Source: an uncultured delta proteobacterium (GTDB taxonomy: Bacteria > Myxococcota > Myxococcia > Myxococcales > Myxococcaceae). Taken from it: DNA of 64,000 nt. Location: assembly GCA_963713045.1 (NCBI GenBank), contig CAVQKE010000007.1, positions 546,279 to 610,278 of the forward strand, read 5' to 3'. Positions 9,863 through 20,123 of this stretch are shown here, piece after piece; position 1 is the first letter of the stretch; every line of letters starts with the position of its first letter. Made by a program: the position numbers and the translations under genes. Under the pieces are notes generated by a model. The model had not been told where the DNA came from, ran no database searches, and saw nothing but the letters and a program-made list of their open reading frames with translations.

Positions 9863-11182
9863 GTGAAACAGGGCAAGGCGCGTATGAGGCGGCGACTTCT
9901 CGGCGCTCCCAGCATCGTCATTTTGCTCCTATGTCTCATGTACTTCATCACCTACGTCGACCGGCTCAACGTGGCGACGGCCGCTCCGCTTATCCGCAAG
10001 GAGTTGGGCCTTTCGCTGACACAACTCGGATTGGTTTTTAGTGTCTTCGCGTATCCCTACGCACTATTTCAAATTGTTGGAGGCCACCTTGGCGACCGTT
10101 TCGGTGCCGGCCGAACGCTCACGGTGTGCGGGCTGCTCTGGTCCATTGCAACCTTGCTCACTGGCCTGGTCGGCGGACTGCTGTCGCTGCTTTTAGTCCG
10201 TTTGCTCCTCGGCATCGGCGAGGGTGCCACCTTCCCCACGGCGAACCGAGCACTCCAGTCGTGGGTGGCGGAGGACCGGCGGGGTTGGGCCCAGGGTGTG
10301 ACCCACGCCTTCGCTCGAGCGGGCAGCGCCGTCACCCCTCCGCTGGTCATCGCCTTAATGGCCGCAGCGGGTTGGCGCGGCGGCTTTGTCTTGCTTGGGT
10401 TGGCAAGCACGCTTTGGGTGGGCGTCTGGGCGCTGTATTTTCGGGATGAACCGAATACACACCCCGGCGTGACCCAAGAGGAGTTGGCGGCGCTGCCGCC
10501 TACGCGCGCGAGGAGGACCGATTCTGGCGCGCCCTGGGGGCTTCTTGTGCGGCGCATTGCACCTGTCACGCTCACCTACTTTTGTTACGGTTGGACGTTG
10601 TGGCTGTACCTCTACTGGCTCCCTTCCTTCTTCAAGGAAGGCCAGAAGTTGCAACTTACGAGCACCGCCTTCTACACCTTCGCCGTCTTCGGCTCGGGCG
10701 TCGTCGGTGACATCTTGGGCGGTCTACTCAGCGACGCCATTTTGCGGCGGACTGGCAACGTCCTCTTCGCGCGGCGCTCTGTCGTGCTCCTCGCTTACAT
10801 CGGGACCATCGCTTCGTTGGTGCCAGTGCTGTACCTGCGCTCCCTCTTGCCCGTTACCATCTGCCTCAGCCTCGGCTTCTTCTTCCTGGAATTGGCCATC
10901 GGACCGATGTGGGCCGTCCCGATGGACATCGCGCCGAAGTTCTCCGGGACCGCCTCTGGACTGATGAACTTCGGTTCAGCGGTGGCTGCCATCATTTCTC
11001 CCGTGGTGTTTGGCCTTGTCGTTGACTTGACCGGGAACTGGCACCTGCCCTTCTGGGGCTCGGTGGGTTTGTTGGTCGTCGGTTGCGTCAGCTGCTTCTT
11101 CATGCGACCGGACCGCCCGCTCACCGACCTCTCGAAACCTCAACCTGTGCGAGCACCCGCCTCGTCGGAGGCCGCCAGCTGA
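9863..11182 (+). CDS. MFS transporter, anion:cation symporter type
   Basis: YFITYVDRLNV, GDRFG, RLLLGIGEGATFP, about 12 TM segments; start may be ATG 9884. Confidence 0.93.
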   Translation: MKQGKARMRRRLLGAPSIVILLLCLMYFITYVDRLNVATAAPLIRKELGLSLTQLGLVFSVFAYPYALFQIVGGHLGDRFGAGRTLTVCGLLWSIATLLTGLVGGLLSLLLVRLLLGIGEGATFPTANRALQSWVAEDRRGWAQGVTHAFARAGSAVTPPLVIALMAAAGWRGGFVLLGLASTLWVGVWALYFRDEPNTHPGVTQEELAALPPTRARRTDSGAPWGLLVRRIAPVTLTYFCYGWTLWLYLYWLPSFFKEGQKLQLTSTAFYTFAVFGSGVVGDILGGLLSDAILRRTGNVLFARRSVVLLAYIGTIASLVPVLYLRSLLPVTICLSLGFFFLELAIGPMWAVPMDIAPKFSGTASGLMNFGSAVAAIISPVVFGLVVDLTGNWHLPFWGSVGLLVVGCVSCFFMRPDRPLTDLSKPQPVRAPASSEAAS

Positions 11183-11190
11183 AGACGCCT

Positions 11191-14094
11191 GTGGAAAGTC
11201 GACCCGCGCGTTCTGCGGAAGGAAGCCTCTTGGCCGAGCGCCTGGGTCGCGAGGTCCGAGGCCACGTTCGCTTCGATGCATTCGCCCGCGGCATGTACGC
11301 CACGGACGCGTCCATCTACCAGGTCTTTCCCTTAGGTGTCGTCTTGCCCCGTGACATCTGGGACGTGCAGGCAACATTGGACATTTGTCGTGACTCCGGC
11401 GTCCCTGTCCTTCCCCGCGGGGCGGGGACGTCACAATGTGGACAAACTGTCGGCGAGGCAGTCGTCCTGGACACGAGCAAGTACCTGCGCCAGCTCGTCT
11501 CCCTCGACGTGGCGGCGCGGAGCGTGCGTGTTCAACCAGGCCTGGTCCTCGAACACCTGAACCGCCAGCTGAAACCCCACGGCCTCTTTTTCCCAATCGA
11601 CCCCTCGACGGCGAACCGCGCCACTCTGGGAGGGATGGCTGGCAACAACAGCTCCGGAGCGCGCTCCATCAAGTACGGGAACATGGTGCACAACGTCAAC
11701 GCCATCGACGCCGTGCTTGCAGATGGAAGTCGAGCCCGCTTTGGCCCGTTGCCAGCGGGGGGCACCCTTCCGCCTGGGCGCTACGGAGAGCTGGCCGGAT
11801 GGCTGTCTGCTCTTGCCATCCGCGAAGCCGCGGAGATTGAAGCGCGGTTTCCTAAAGTTCTTCGGCGGGTTGGCGGGTACAACCTCGATGCGCTACTGGG
11901 CCCCAGCCCAAATCTCTCGCACCTGCTGGTGGGGAGCGAAGGCACGTTGGCCTTCTTCACTGAGTTGGAGCTCGAACTCTCACCTCTGCCCGCGCACCGC
12001 GTTCTTGGGGTCTGCCACTTTCCGCAGTTCCACGACGCGATGGTCGCAACCAAAGAACTGGTCGCGCTGGGGCCAGTGGCGGTCGAATTGGTCGACCGAA
12101 CCATTCTCGACGTCGCGCGCGACATGCCGGAGTTTGCGACGACGGTCCAACGCTACGTGCGCGGCCAACCGGATGCCCTCCTGCTTGTGGAATTCGAGGG
12201 GGAAGAGGCTCGCGAGCTAGAAAGGCTGCTGGCGGCGCTGGATGGCCGGATGGCAGAACTGGGCTTCCCAGCAAGCACGGTGCGCGTCGCTGACTCCGCC
12301 GCCCAGGCGGAGGTGTGGAACCTTCGCTCGGCAGGCCTCAACCTGGTGAGCAATGTCCGCGGAGACGCGAAGCCGGTCTCCATCATCGAGGATTGTGCGG
12401 TGCCGCTGGAGCACCTGGCGGACTACACGGAACGGCTGACGCAGCTGTTCGCTCGCCATGGCACCCGGGGCACCTGGTACGCCCACGCGTCGGTCGGGTG
12501 CCTGCATGTTCGACCGGTGCTCAACATGAAGAGCGACGTCGACGTCGGCAAGCTCCGAGCGATTGCCGAAGAAGCCTTCTCCATGGTGCGCACTTATAAA
12601 GGCAGTCATTCCGGCGAGCATGGCGACGGCATCGTGCGCAGTGAGTTTCACCAAGAAATGTTCGGCCGGGAGTTGGTCGACGCGTTCGAGGCGGTGAAGG
12701 ACGCGTTCGATCCAAAAGGACTCTTCAATCCCGGAAAAATCGTGCGGGCGCCGAAGATGGATGACCGCCGTCTTTTTCGCTATTCGCCCGAATATCGGCC
12801 GATGCCGCTGGAGACTGCGCTGGACTGGTCGTCTTGGGGCGGCTTCAGCGGTGCAGTCGAGATGTGCAACAACAACGGGGCTTGCCGAAAGACGGACCCC
12901 GGCGTGATGTGCCCGTCGTTTATGGTTACCCAAGACGAGGAGCACGGAGTCCGCGGTCGAGCAAACGCGCTTCGTCTGGCTTTAAGTGGACAGCTTGGGC
13001 CAGAGGCCCTGGTGTCCGATGGAATGGCGAAGACGCTGTCTCTTTGTGTGGGCTGCAAGGGTTGCAAGAGGGAGTGTCCCACCGGCGTCGACATGGCGAG
13101 GATGAAGCTCGAATACCTCTGGCAGCGACGGAGACGTCACGGGCTCCGCCTTCGGGACCGAGCGGTGGCGACGCTTCCCCGCACTGCGCCGCTCCTGCGG
13201 CATTTCCGTTGGCTGCTCGGGCTCAGGGACACAGTCCCCGGTTTGGCGCGTCTCACGGAGCGCGTTTCCGGACTCAGTTCCCGGCGGCGGCTACCCAGGC
13301 TGAGCGCGAGGCCATTTCTCGGGAATGTCGAGAGAAGCCAGGACAATGGCAGCGGTGCGGAAGTGGTGCTGCTGATGGACACCTTCACCACCTGGTTCGA
13401 GCCGGAAACGGCGCGTGCCGCGCTCCGTGTTCTCGAACGGGGTGGATACCGCGTGCACCTTCCACGTGCTTCCAGCCAACGCCGGCCACTGTGCTGCGGG
13501 CGAACGTTTCTTTCCGTCGGGATGGTGGAGGAGGCCCGCAAGGAAGCCCATGCCATGTTGGAGGCGCTGCGGCCCTTCGTTGAGCGAGGGGTGCCGGTGG
13601 TCGGGCTTGAGCCTTCCTGTTTGCTGACGCTTCGGGATGAGTTCCTGGCGATGCTTCCGGGCGAGGCGGCCAAGCGTCTGGCGGCGTCGGCGCTGCTTTT
13701 CGAGGAATTCGTCGACCGCGAAGCAGCCGCTGGGCGCCTTGCCCTGCCCCTTCACAGTCTCCCCGAGCGCCGTGTCTTGCTTCACGGGCACTGCCACCAG
13801 AAGGCCTTCGGAGCGTTGCCCGCCGTCAACCGGGTGCTAGCGTTGATTCCGAATCTCCAGGTCCAGACCGTCGCCGGCAGCTGCTGTGGCATGGCAGGCA
13901 CCTTCGGCTATCAGGCCCAGAATTTCGACATCTCCATGGCCATGGCCGAGAGAACGCTTCTTCCTGCAGTCCGTCAGGCACCGCCTGACACGCTCCTGGT
14001 GGCAGACGGATTCAGCTGCCAACATCAGATTTTCGCTGGCACTGGCCGCAGGGCGACCCATGTGGCGTGCGTCCTCGATGCCGCATCATGCTGA
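11191..14094 (+). CDS. FAD-linked oxidase fused to Fe-S/CCG domains (GlcD/GlcF-like 2-hydroxyacid dehydrogenase)
   Basis: YATDASIY, PRGAGTSQCGQ, SGEHGDG, CNNNGACRK, CVGCKGCKRECP, CCGR, HGHCHQKA, CCGMAG; exact start uncertain. Confidence 0.93.
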   Translation: MESRPARSAEGSLLAERLGREVRGHVRFDAFARGMYATDASIYQVFPLGVVLPRDIWDVQATLDICRDSGVPVLPRGAGTSQCGQTVGEAVVLDTSKYLRQLVSLDVAARSVRVQPGLVLEHLNRQLKPHGLFFPIDPSTANRATLGGMAGNNSSGARSIKYGNMVHNVNAIDAVLADGSRARFGPLPAGGTLPPGRYGELAGWLSALAIREAAEIEARFPKVLRRVGGYNLDALLGPSPNLSHLLVGSEGTLAFFTELELELSPLPAHRVLGVCHFPQFHDAMVATKELVALGPVAVELVDRTILDVARDMPEFATTVQRYVRGQPDALLLVEFEGEEARELERLLAALDGRMAELGFPASTVRVADSAAQAEVWNLRSAGLNLVSNVRGDAKPVSIIEDCAVPLEHLADYTERLTQLFARHGTRGTWYAHASVGCLHVRPVLNMKSDVDVGKLRAIAEEAFSMVRTYKGSHSGEHGDGIVRSEFHQEMFGRELVDAFEAVKDAFDPKGLFNPGKIVRAPKMDDRRLFRYSPEYRPMPLETALDWSSWGGFSGAVEMCNNNGACRKTDPGVMCPSFMVTQDEEHGVRGRANALRLALSGQLGPEALVSDGMAKTLSLCVGCKGCKRECPTGVDMARMKLEYLWQRRRRHGLRLRDRAVATLPRTAPLLRHFRWLLGLRDTVPGLARLTERVSGLSSRRRLPRLSARPFLGNVERSQDNGSGAEVVLLMDTFTTWFEPETARAALRVLERGGYRVHLPRASSQRRPLCCGRTFLSVGMVEEARKEAHAMLEALRPFVERGVPVVGLEPSCLLTLRDEFLAMLPGEAAKRLAASALLFEEFVDREAAAGRLALPLHSLPERRVLLHGHCHQKAFGALPAVNRVLALIPNLQVQTVAGSCCGMAGTFGYQAQNFDISMAMAERTLLPAVRQAPPDTLLVADGFSCQHQIFAGTGRRATHVACVLDAASC

Positions 14095-14200
14095 CGCTCG
14101 ACCCGTCCCCCTTGCCCTGGATTCCGTGTCGACGTCCGGCTGGGCGATGGGCAGTCACCCACCCATCGAGAATAAGCTGCCCGTTTGGTGCGAACGAAAC

Positions 14201-14224
14201 CAAGACATCGCACAGAATGTCTTG
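14201..14224. promoter_or_regulatory. Inverted repeat CAAGACAT-N8-ATGTCTTG, operator candidate
   Basis: Perfect 8-bp arms, about 60 bp upstream of ATG 14284. Confidence 0.4.
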
Positions 14225-14283
14225 TCGCCCGGCTGGTAGGCGCCGAGAATCATCGAGAAGTCGACCGACGGGAGGAGCCCCTG

Positions 14284-14844
14284 ATGACTGGCATGAGCGC
14301 GCTGTGGCTGCCTATTTTGCTTTCCTCAGTTTTCGTCTTTTTTGTGAGCTCCATCATTCATATGGCGTCGCCGTGGCACAAAAATGATTTCCCGGCGTTA
14401 GAGAACCAAGACCGCATCATGGAGGCGCTCCGCCCATTCTCGATTCGCCCGGGCGATTATTTCGTGCCTCGGCCTGCGAATAGACAGGAACTGCGGTCGC
14501 CCGAATTCATCGAAAAAATGAAAAAAGGGCCAGTCATCATCATGACGGTCATGCCGAACGGCCCAACGTCAATGGGTAGAAACCTCATCCAATGGTTCGT
14601 CTATTCCGTGGTGGTGGGGATTTTTGCCGCCTACGTTGCCGGTCGGGCGTTGCCTTCGGGTTCGCCCTATCTCCAAGTCTTCCGCTTTGCGGGTGTCACG
14701 GCCTTTTTGGGCTACTCCCTTGCGCTTTGGCCGCTCTCCATCTGGTATCGCCGAGCTTGGAGTACGACTGTTAAGGGTACCGTCGACGGGTTAATTTACG
14801 CTGGGCTGACGGCTGGAACTTTCGGGTGGCTTTGGCCGCGTTAG
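14284..14844 (+). CDS. Hypothetical membrane protein (about 4 TM)
   Basis: [16 protein letters not shown]...SSIIHM..PWHK N-terminus; ends TFGWLWPR. Confidence 0.8.
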   Translation: MTGMSALWLPILLSSVFVFFVSSIIHMASPWHKNDFPALENQDRIMEALRPFSIRPGDYFVPRPANRQELRSPEFIEKMKKGPVIIMTVMPNGPTSMGRNLIQWFVYSVVVGIFAAYVAGRALPSGSPYLQVFRFAGVTAFLGYSLALWPLSIWYRRAWSTTVKGTVDGLIYAGLTAGTFGWLWPR

Positions 14845-14969
14845 TTCGCGGCGACCGACAGCCTGCCCCGCTTCAAGCGTCTGTCGTCGAGCGCTCTTCA
14901 GGGGCTTCGACTCCAGGTCGCACACTTCGTCGGCCTCGGCATGAGGACTTCGTGATTCCGAAGCCGCCT

Positions 14970-17900
14970 TCAAGGAACGAAGGTGTTGGACAGAGCGCCG
15001 GCGGTGCCCTCCCCGAGAACGTGGAAAGCATCGCCGATGGCGACCGAGTCATCGGCCACAATCTCAAGGCTGTAGGTTTTGCCGGACGACAGCACGCCTG
15101 GAGGGAGTCGCAGAGAGAGGTCGCGGGTGGTGAACGAGCCGACGACCGTTCCCAGGGTGGTGACCCCACTGACGTAGAATTGCGTCACCGTCACGGTGTA
15201 GCGCGACGGCGTACCGACTGCCGGCGCGCTCCATGCCACCAACGGGGTCAGACCCACACCCGTCAGGGCCTGCGAGGCATCGGCGCCGTTGAGGGTAATG
15301 GCACGCACCGGCGTCAGGGTGGGGACAACCGGGCCCGAACAGAGCGTGCCCACCGGTGTGATGACTTGCATTCCAGCGTATCTCACTGTGCTTGGGCCCG
15401 CCGAGGTCCCCGGAAACGCAAATCCGACGTTGGGAAAGTAGCTGATGAAACCGTAAGGAAAGAAGGGGTAGCCGGCGGGGATGCCATACGTCATTTGACC
15501 GCTGACTTGGTCGGTGGTGGATGACGGTGGGGAAAACGACAAGAAGTCCGCCTGAGGTTGAAAGGGCAAGCCCTGGCTGGTCGGGATGCTCGAGCCCTCC
15601 ACGTTGACGCCGTATTGAATGCCGGCGTTGGTAAAGCCACCGGCTGGAATCTGAGTCGCAGCAACAAATTGTGACAGCCGAAAGTCGCAATTCAGGGTTT
15701 GGTTTTGGTTAACAGTAACCATCGGCCCCGCCACGCTGACGTTCTGTCCGTCGCTCAGGTTGAATGGCGCGGGCTCAAAGTAGCTAGACAGCGACAGGTA
15801 GAACACGCCGGTGGATGTCTGTTGCAGGCTAAGTTGCGCGATGACGACGACGTCTCCCTTGGACCCTTCGATGGTGTTGGCCGCGCCGCAAGGCGAGTTC
15901 TTGACCGAGAAGACGCCCCCGTTGAGGAAGGTCGTCCCCGCGGCGGGTGCCGGCGCCGGATTGCAGCCCGCAGGTAAATCGTTGACGAAGTCATTTGCAC
16001 CGAGGGAAACCGCTTCGAGCACGTCGTTGGAATTCCAAGACGTGAGGTTGGTCAGGGTCGCGGTGATGGTGGCGTCGCTGGGGTTTGCGAAGTTAAAGGG
16101 GATAACGTCCGCCCGACCGGCGCCCAGGGTCAGGAGGGGGAGTGTGTCGTCGGGAATCCAGTAGGAGGTTCCCGCACCGAGATTCAATAAGTAGTTACCA
16201 GCCGTCGGGAGGCCGGCCACGTTGAAGTTGCCGTTGTTGAATCCCACACCCTGGATTGGCGAGCCGTAGACACCGGCGTCGAGCAACGACACCGAGATGC
16301 TTGCGGTCGAAAGGTCCGGGGTGATGATGGTCTGCGGAAGGCCGGGCGGCTGGTAGATGGTCATTTCCGAGCCGTTGATGGTGCGGAGCGCGGCTCCACC
16401 GTCAGGCCCAGCGTCCGATGGCCCCCCGCCTGGCAGAGATGCGCCCACCTGAAGCGAGACCGCATATTCATTGAATTCGTCGACCAGGTAGACCTCCGGA
16501 AAACTTGCCGCAGACACCAGTCGGGTGCTGCTGGAGAGAGTGGTGCGCGGGTAGACGTAGAGCCAACGGGGTTGGAGGTTGGGTGCGAAGGCGAGAACGC
16601 CCACCCCCAACGTCGCGCCCGAGAGCAGCACCGCAAAGCTTCCGTCGGCGCCCGAATAGGTGCTCAGGGGCAGGACCGAGGCCAATGTCGCATCTTCGGT
16701 GTCATAGAGGCCGGCAATGGGAGAGATGACGTCCGGAGTGGTGGCGTTGAGTGCCCACAGCTCGAAGGTGGTGTAGGGCGGCGCATTGCTCACCGTGACG
16801 ACGCGGCCGTCTGCAAGCGCACCCACCACTTCCGCTTGAGTGTGCGACGGGCTTCCGAGCGGCGCCATATAGCTGCCGAGAATGGCACTGCCGGCGCCCA
16901 CCCGAAGGATGGGGTACACCGGCACCGGCACTCCCGTGATGCTGCAGTTCGAAATCAACTGAACGACGAATGTCCCGTCCCCGACGGAGAGGAGTTTCGA
17001 GATGCTCTGAACGGCGCACCCCGGCGGCTCGGCCGTGGGGCCGAAGCTCACCTTGCCTTGGGTGATGTCGACAAGGTTCCAGCTGCTGCCGCAAACCCCC
17101 ACATTGGGCGAGAGGTAACGGCCACCTCCTCCGGCGACGACACCCGGCGTCGGGGGGCCGGTGAAAGTGAGGCCCGACGAAGTCGTCACCTGGTTGAGTT
17201 GGGGGTCGAAGCAGGTGAGGCTCTCAATGCCAGCGTCCGTGGAACATGCCGCCACGGAGTCCTGAAGGCACAACAGGTCATCCACCCGGGTGAGAGGCGC
17301 GTTGGCCACCGGAGGCCCCCCGGTCGCGGTGACGTTTGAAGCGGCTGAGTTGGAAGGCGAAGCGAGAAGCAAATTGGAGCCGTTGCCGGTGAAGTCGAAA
17401 AACAGGGTCTGCCCCCGGGCATTGAGACCGCGCGCGACGTAGCCCCCGTCCAAACCTCCAGGCAGTTGACTGGTTTGAAACCCGTAAAAGGTGCCGTCGG
17501 CCTGCCCCAGAAGGCCGGGAATCCAGACCGAAGTGGCGCTTGCCGGGTTGGCGGTGGCCAGGGGGAGGATGAGCCCCCCATCGAAGGCGACTGGCTCGGC
17601 GGCCCAGTCAATCGGGCTGGTGGAAGCCGGCCTCCCGGGAATGTAGCGGTCCCACACCACCCGGGTGAGGTCCACACCCAAGTCCAACTGCGTCCCGTTT
17701 CCATTGGCGGCTGTGGCGCTGACCAGCAGTCGCACCGTCCTCTCGGTATCGGTCAGGACTTCAATCGGCACCGGCACCCCCGGCGTGTAAGACGTGTTGT
17801 CCGTCCCAAGGCCAGGAGCGCTTTGAAAGAAGACGTTGTACGTCGGCTGCGGTCCGGCCTGCGTCACCGTGACGCTGGTCGCTGGCTGAGAGTCCAGGGT

Positions 17901-18440
17901 GACGACGGGAAAGGAGCTGAGCGCAGTGTTGGACGTCACCTGCACTGTGAAAGGGGCCTTGGGCTGCGCGGAAGGCGGATACTGGATGGATAGAACGGGT
18001 CCCACCGTGTTGAAAGCGACTTCGAGTGCCGCCTGCTGCGGGATGCCTGCGTCGCTTTGCGCTACCACCTGCAGCTGCAAGAGGGGATAGCCGCCGTCCG
18101 GGTTGGGTCCGGTGAGGCCTTGGCACAAACTGAAGTCCACCAGGGCGGCGTAGGGAGGCGCCGTCCAGACTTGGATGGTGCGCGGACCACCGTCCGGTGG
18201 CCCGCAGAGGACCGAAACATCGGTGATTCCGTAGACGGAGGCCGCTGTCACGGACACCTGAGAGGAAAGGCCAATGACGTCCCCCGGCTTGGGAGTTACG
18301 ACGGTGAGGTAGGGTGGAGGCGGGGTTGGCGGGACGGTCGGCAAGTCCAGGTTGAGGCAGCCAGTGCCGAGCAGCAGAAGAAGGGACGGCATGACAGCTG
18401 CTCGGCGCAGGCCCTCGTCATTTCCTGGGCGGACTGCCAT
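14970..18440 (-). CDS. Large (1156 aa) beta-rich surface lipoprotein
   Basis: GGAGG upstream of ATG 18440; LLLLLGTGC lipobox; Pro/Thr/Ser/Gly-rich; PDGG/DAG linkers. Confidence 0.85.
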   Translation of the reverse strand: MAVRPGNDEGLRRAAVMPSLLLLLGTGCLNLDLPTVPPTPPPPYLTVVTPKPGDVIGLSSQVSVTAASVYGITDVSVLCGPPDGGPRTIQVWTAPPYAALVDFSLCQGLTGPNPDGGYPLLQLQVVAQSDAGIPQQAALEVAFNTVGPVLSIQYPPSAQPKAPFTVQVTSNTALSSFPVVTLDSQPATSVTVTQAGPQPTYNVFFQSAPGLGTDNTSYTPGVPVPIEVLTDTERTVRLLVSATAANGNGTQLDLGVDLTRVVWDRYIPGRPASTSPIDWAAEPVAFDGGLILPLATANPASATSVWIPGLLGQADGTFYGFQTSQLPGGLDGGYVARGLNARGQTLFFDFTGNGSNLLLASPSNSAASNVTATGGPPVANAPLTRVDDLLCLQDSVAACSTDAGIESLTCFDPQLNQVTTSSGLTFTGPPTPGVVAGGGGRYLSPNVGVCGSSWNLVDITQGKVSFGPTAEPPGCAVQSISKLLSVGDGTFVVQLISNCSITGVPVPVYPILRVGAGSAILGSYMAPLGSPSHTQAEVVGALADGRVVTVSNAPPYTTFELWALNATTPDVISPIAGLYDTEDATLASVLPLSTYSGADGSFAVLLSGATLGVGVLAFAPNLQPRWLYVYPRTTLSSSTRLVSAASFPEVYLVDEFNEYAVSLQVGASLPGGGPSDAGPDGGAALRTINGSEMTIYQPPGLPQTIITPDLSTASISVSLLDAGVYGSPIQGVGFNNGNFNVAGLPTAGNYLLNLGAGTSYWIPDDTLPLLTLGAGRADVIPFNFANPSDATITATLTNLTSWNSNDVLEAVSLGANDFVNDLPAGCNPAPAPAAGTTFLNGGVFSVKNSPCGAANTIEGSKGDVVVIAQLSLQQTSTGVFYLSLSSYFEPAPFNLSDGQNVSVAGPMVTVNQNQTLNCDFRLSQFVAATQIPAGGFTNAGIQYGVNVEGSSIPTSQGLPFQPQADFLSFSPPSSTTDQVSGQMTYGIPAGYPFFPYGFISYFPNVGFAFPGTSAGPSTVRYAGMQVITPVGTLCSGPVVPTLTPVRAITLNGADASQALTGVGLTPLVAWSAPAVGTPSRYTVTVTQFYVSGVTTLGTVVGSFTTRDLSLRLPPGVLSSGKTYSLEIVADDSVAIGDAFHVLGEGTAGALSNTFVP

Positions 18441-18638
18441 GCGAACCCCTCCCCGACGAGCTACTGAGGCGACTCTCCCTCTTTCCGCGGCCGATGGGTG
18501 CGTCCGTTGTGCGCTGCTTTGCGAAGGCAAAGCCTCAGTCGCTGCTCCGACGCGCCGCGCGGACCGGAAGCCTTGGGAAACGCCGGCCTCGCTCGGCTCA
18601 GACCTCCGCTTCGGGCTCAAAATCCGAAACCCCCTCCT

Positions 18639-18670
18639 AAGCTCCCAACATTACGGGAGCTTTTGTCCTT
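18639..18670 (+). terminator. Intrinsic terminator-like hairpin
   Basis: AAGCTCCC-N8-GGGAGCTT followed by TTGTCCTTT; lies in a divergent intergenic region. Confidence 0.4.
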
Positions 18671-18926
18671 TGGATGCCAGACAATTCGTGGACTGAACCT
18701 CAGGCCCCAGAATCATAGCAGTCGTGACCTCCAAGGAGTGCTGACTGCGCGCACCCTGGGCATCTCGACGGCCGGTCGCCGCTGCCAGAGTGGAGCCTTG
18801 GAGCCCAGGGTTCACACCGTTGCCACTGTCCACCAGTCGTGCAGCCTGCTGTCGGGAGTACTTTCTGGCTTCACGCCGCAGTAGGAAGCCGTCCTCGAAG
18901 GCCACCAAGCTCCGAGGAGTCGTCGA

Positions 18927-20075
18927 ATGCCCTTACGCTTGCCTCTTCTGGTGCTGCTTCTGGGCGCCCCTGCAATCGCCGACATCAAAGTGGGGGTCTA
19001 TGGCCCGTACAGCGGCGGCTCGGCCAACGGGGGGCTCTCCATGCGCAATGGGGTGGAAATCGCCGCAGACGAAATCAACAAAGCTGGGGGCATTCTCGGG
19101 CAGACGGTGGTGCTGGTGCTTCGCGATGACGAGGCCAAAAACGAGCGCGGCGCTCAAATCATGCAGGAGTTCCTCAACAAGGAAAAAGTGGTGGCCGTCC
19201 TCGGCCCGTTGAATACCGGGGTGGCGGACAACTCCACCCGCTACGCCAACGAACAAAAAGTGCCGGTCATCATCAACGGCTCGTCCGGGGCCAAGGTCAA
19301 TGAATACTTCGGGCCGGGTGTTGAAAACTACGTCTTCCGCCTGGCCGCGTCCGACTTCCTGCAAACCGAGCTGTTGGTTCACGAAGCCATCGACGTGCGG
19401 AGATACACGAGGCCCGCGCTCATCTGCGACGACACCAACTACGGACAGGGCGGGTGCACGAAGCTGAAAGCGGCACTGGCCAAGCGGAATATGACCCCAG
19501 TCAGTGTCGGAAAATTCAAAATTAAAGACACCGACATGACTCCTCAGGTCCAAGAAGCCAGGGCGGCAGGCGGAGATGTGCTGTTGGTTTTTGGCATCGG
19601 GCCAGAGCTCGCTGCGTTGGCGAACTCGCTCGATCGAGTGGGCTGGAGGGTGGACTTGCTCGGCGGCTGGAGCCTCTCGATGGAGTCTTTCATCAAGAAT
19701 GCGGGAAGGAACGGCAATGGGGCCACGATGCCGCTCACCTTCATGGAAAGCGACGTCCGCAATGAGCGGCAGCGCGTCTTCGTTGAGACCTACCACCTCA
19801 AGTACAAACAGAACCCAATCAGCCTGCCCCCCGCCGCCGCTCAGGGCTACGACTCGCTTTACCTTTTAAAGGCAGCCATCGAGCAGGCGAAGAGTACCGA
19901 CGGTCCAAAGATTAAAGAGGCGCTGGAGCACCTCCAGTTGCCCTTTGAGGGCCTCATCGGCAACTACGGACGCCCCTTCACGCCTGAAGACCATGAGGCG
20001 GTGACCGCGCACATGATGAAGTTGGGGGTCGTTTTCGACGGAACGGTCATCCCGCAGGCCGCCTACAAAAAATAA
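18927..20075 (+). CDS. Branched-chain amino acid-type ABC substrate-binding protein (stand-alone)
   Basis: Signal peptide; IKVGVYGPYSG, EINKAGGILG, DDTNYGQGG, AAQGYDS. Confidence 0.92.
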   Translation: MPLRLPLLVLLLGAPAIADIKVGVYGPYSGGSANGGLSMRNGVEIAADEINKAGGILGQTVVLVLRDDEAKNERGAQIMQEFLNKEKVVAVLGPLNTGVADNSTRYANEQKVPVIINGSSGAKVNEYFGPGVENYVFRLAASDFLQTELLVHEAIDVRRYTRPALICDDTNYGQGGCTKLKAALAKRNMTPVSVGKFKIKDTDMTPQVQEARAAGGDVLLVFGIGPELAALANSLDRVGWRVDLLGGWSLSMESFIKNAGRNGNGATMPLTFMESDVRNERQRVFVETYHLKYKQNPISLPPAAAQGYDSLYLLKAAIEQAKSTDGPKIKEALEHLQLPFEGLIGNYGRPFTPEDHEAVTAHMMKLGVVFDGTVIPQAAYKK

Positions 20076-20123
20076 GGGCCACCGCGCGCCGAGACGGGCC
20101 CTTCACGGGCAGGGACTTCGGCT

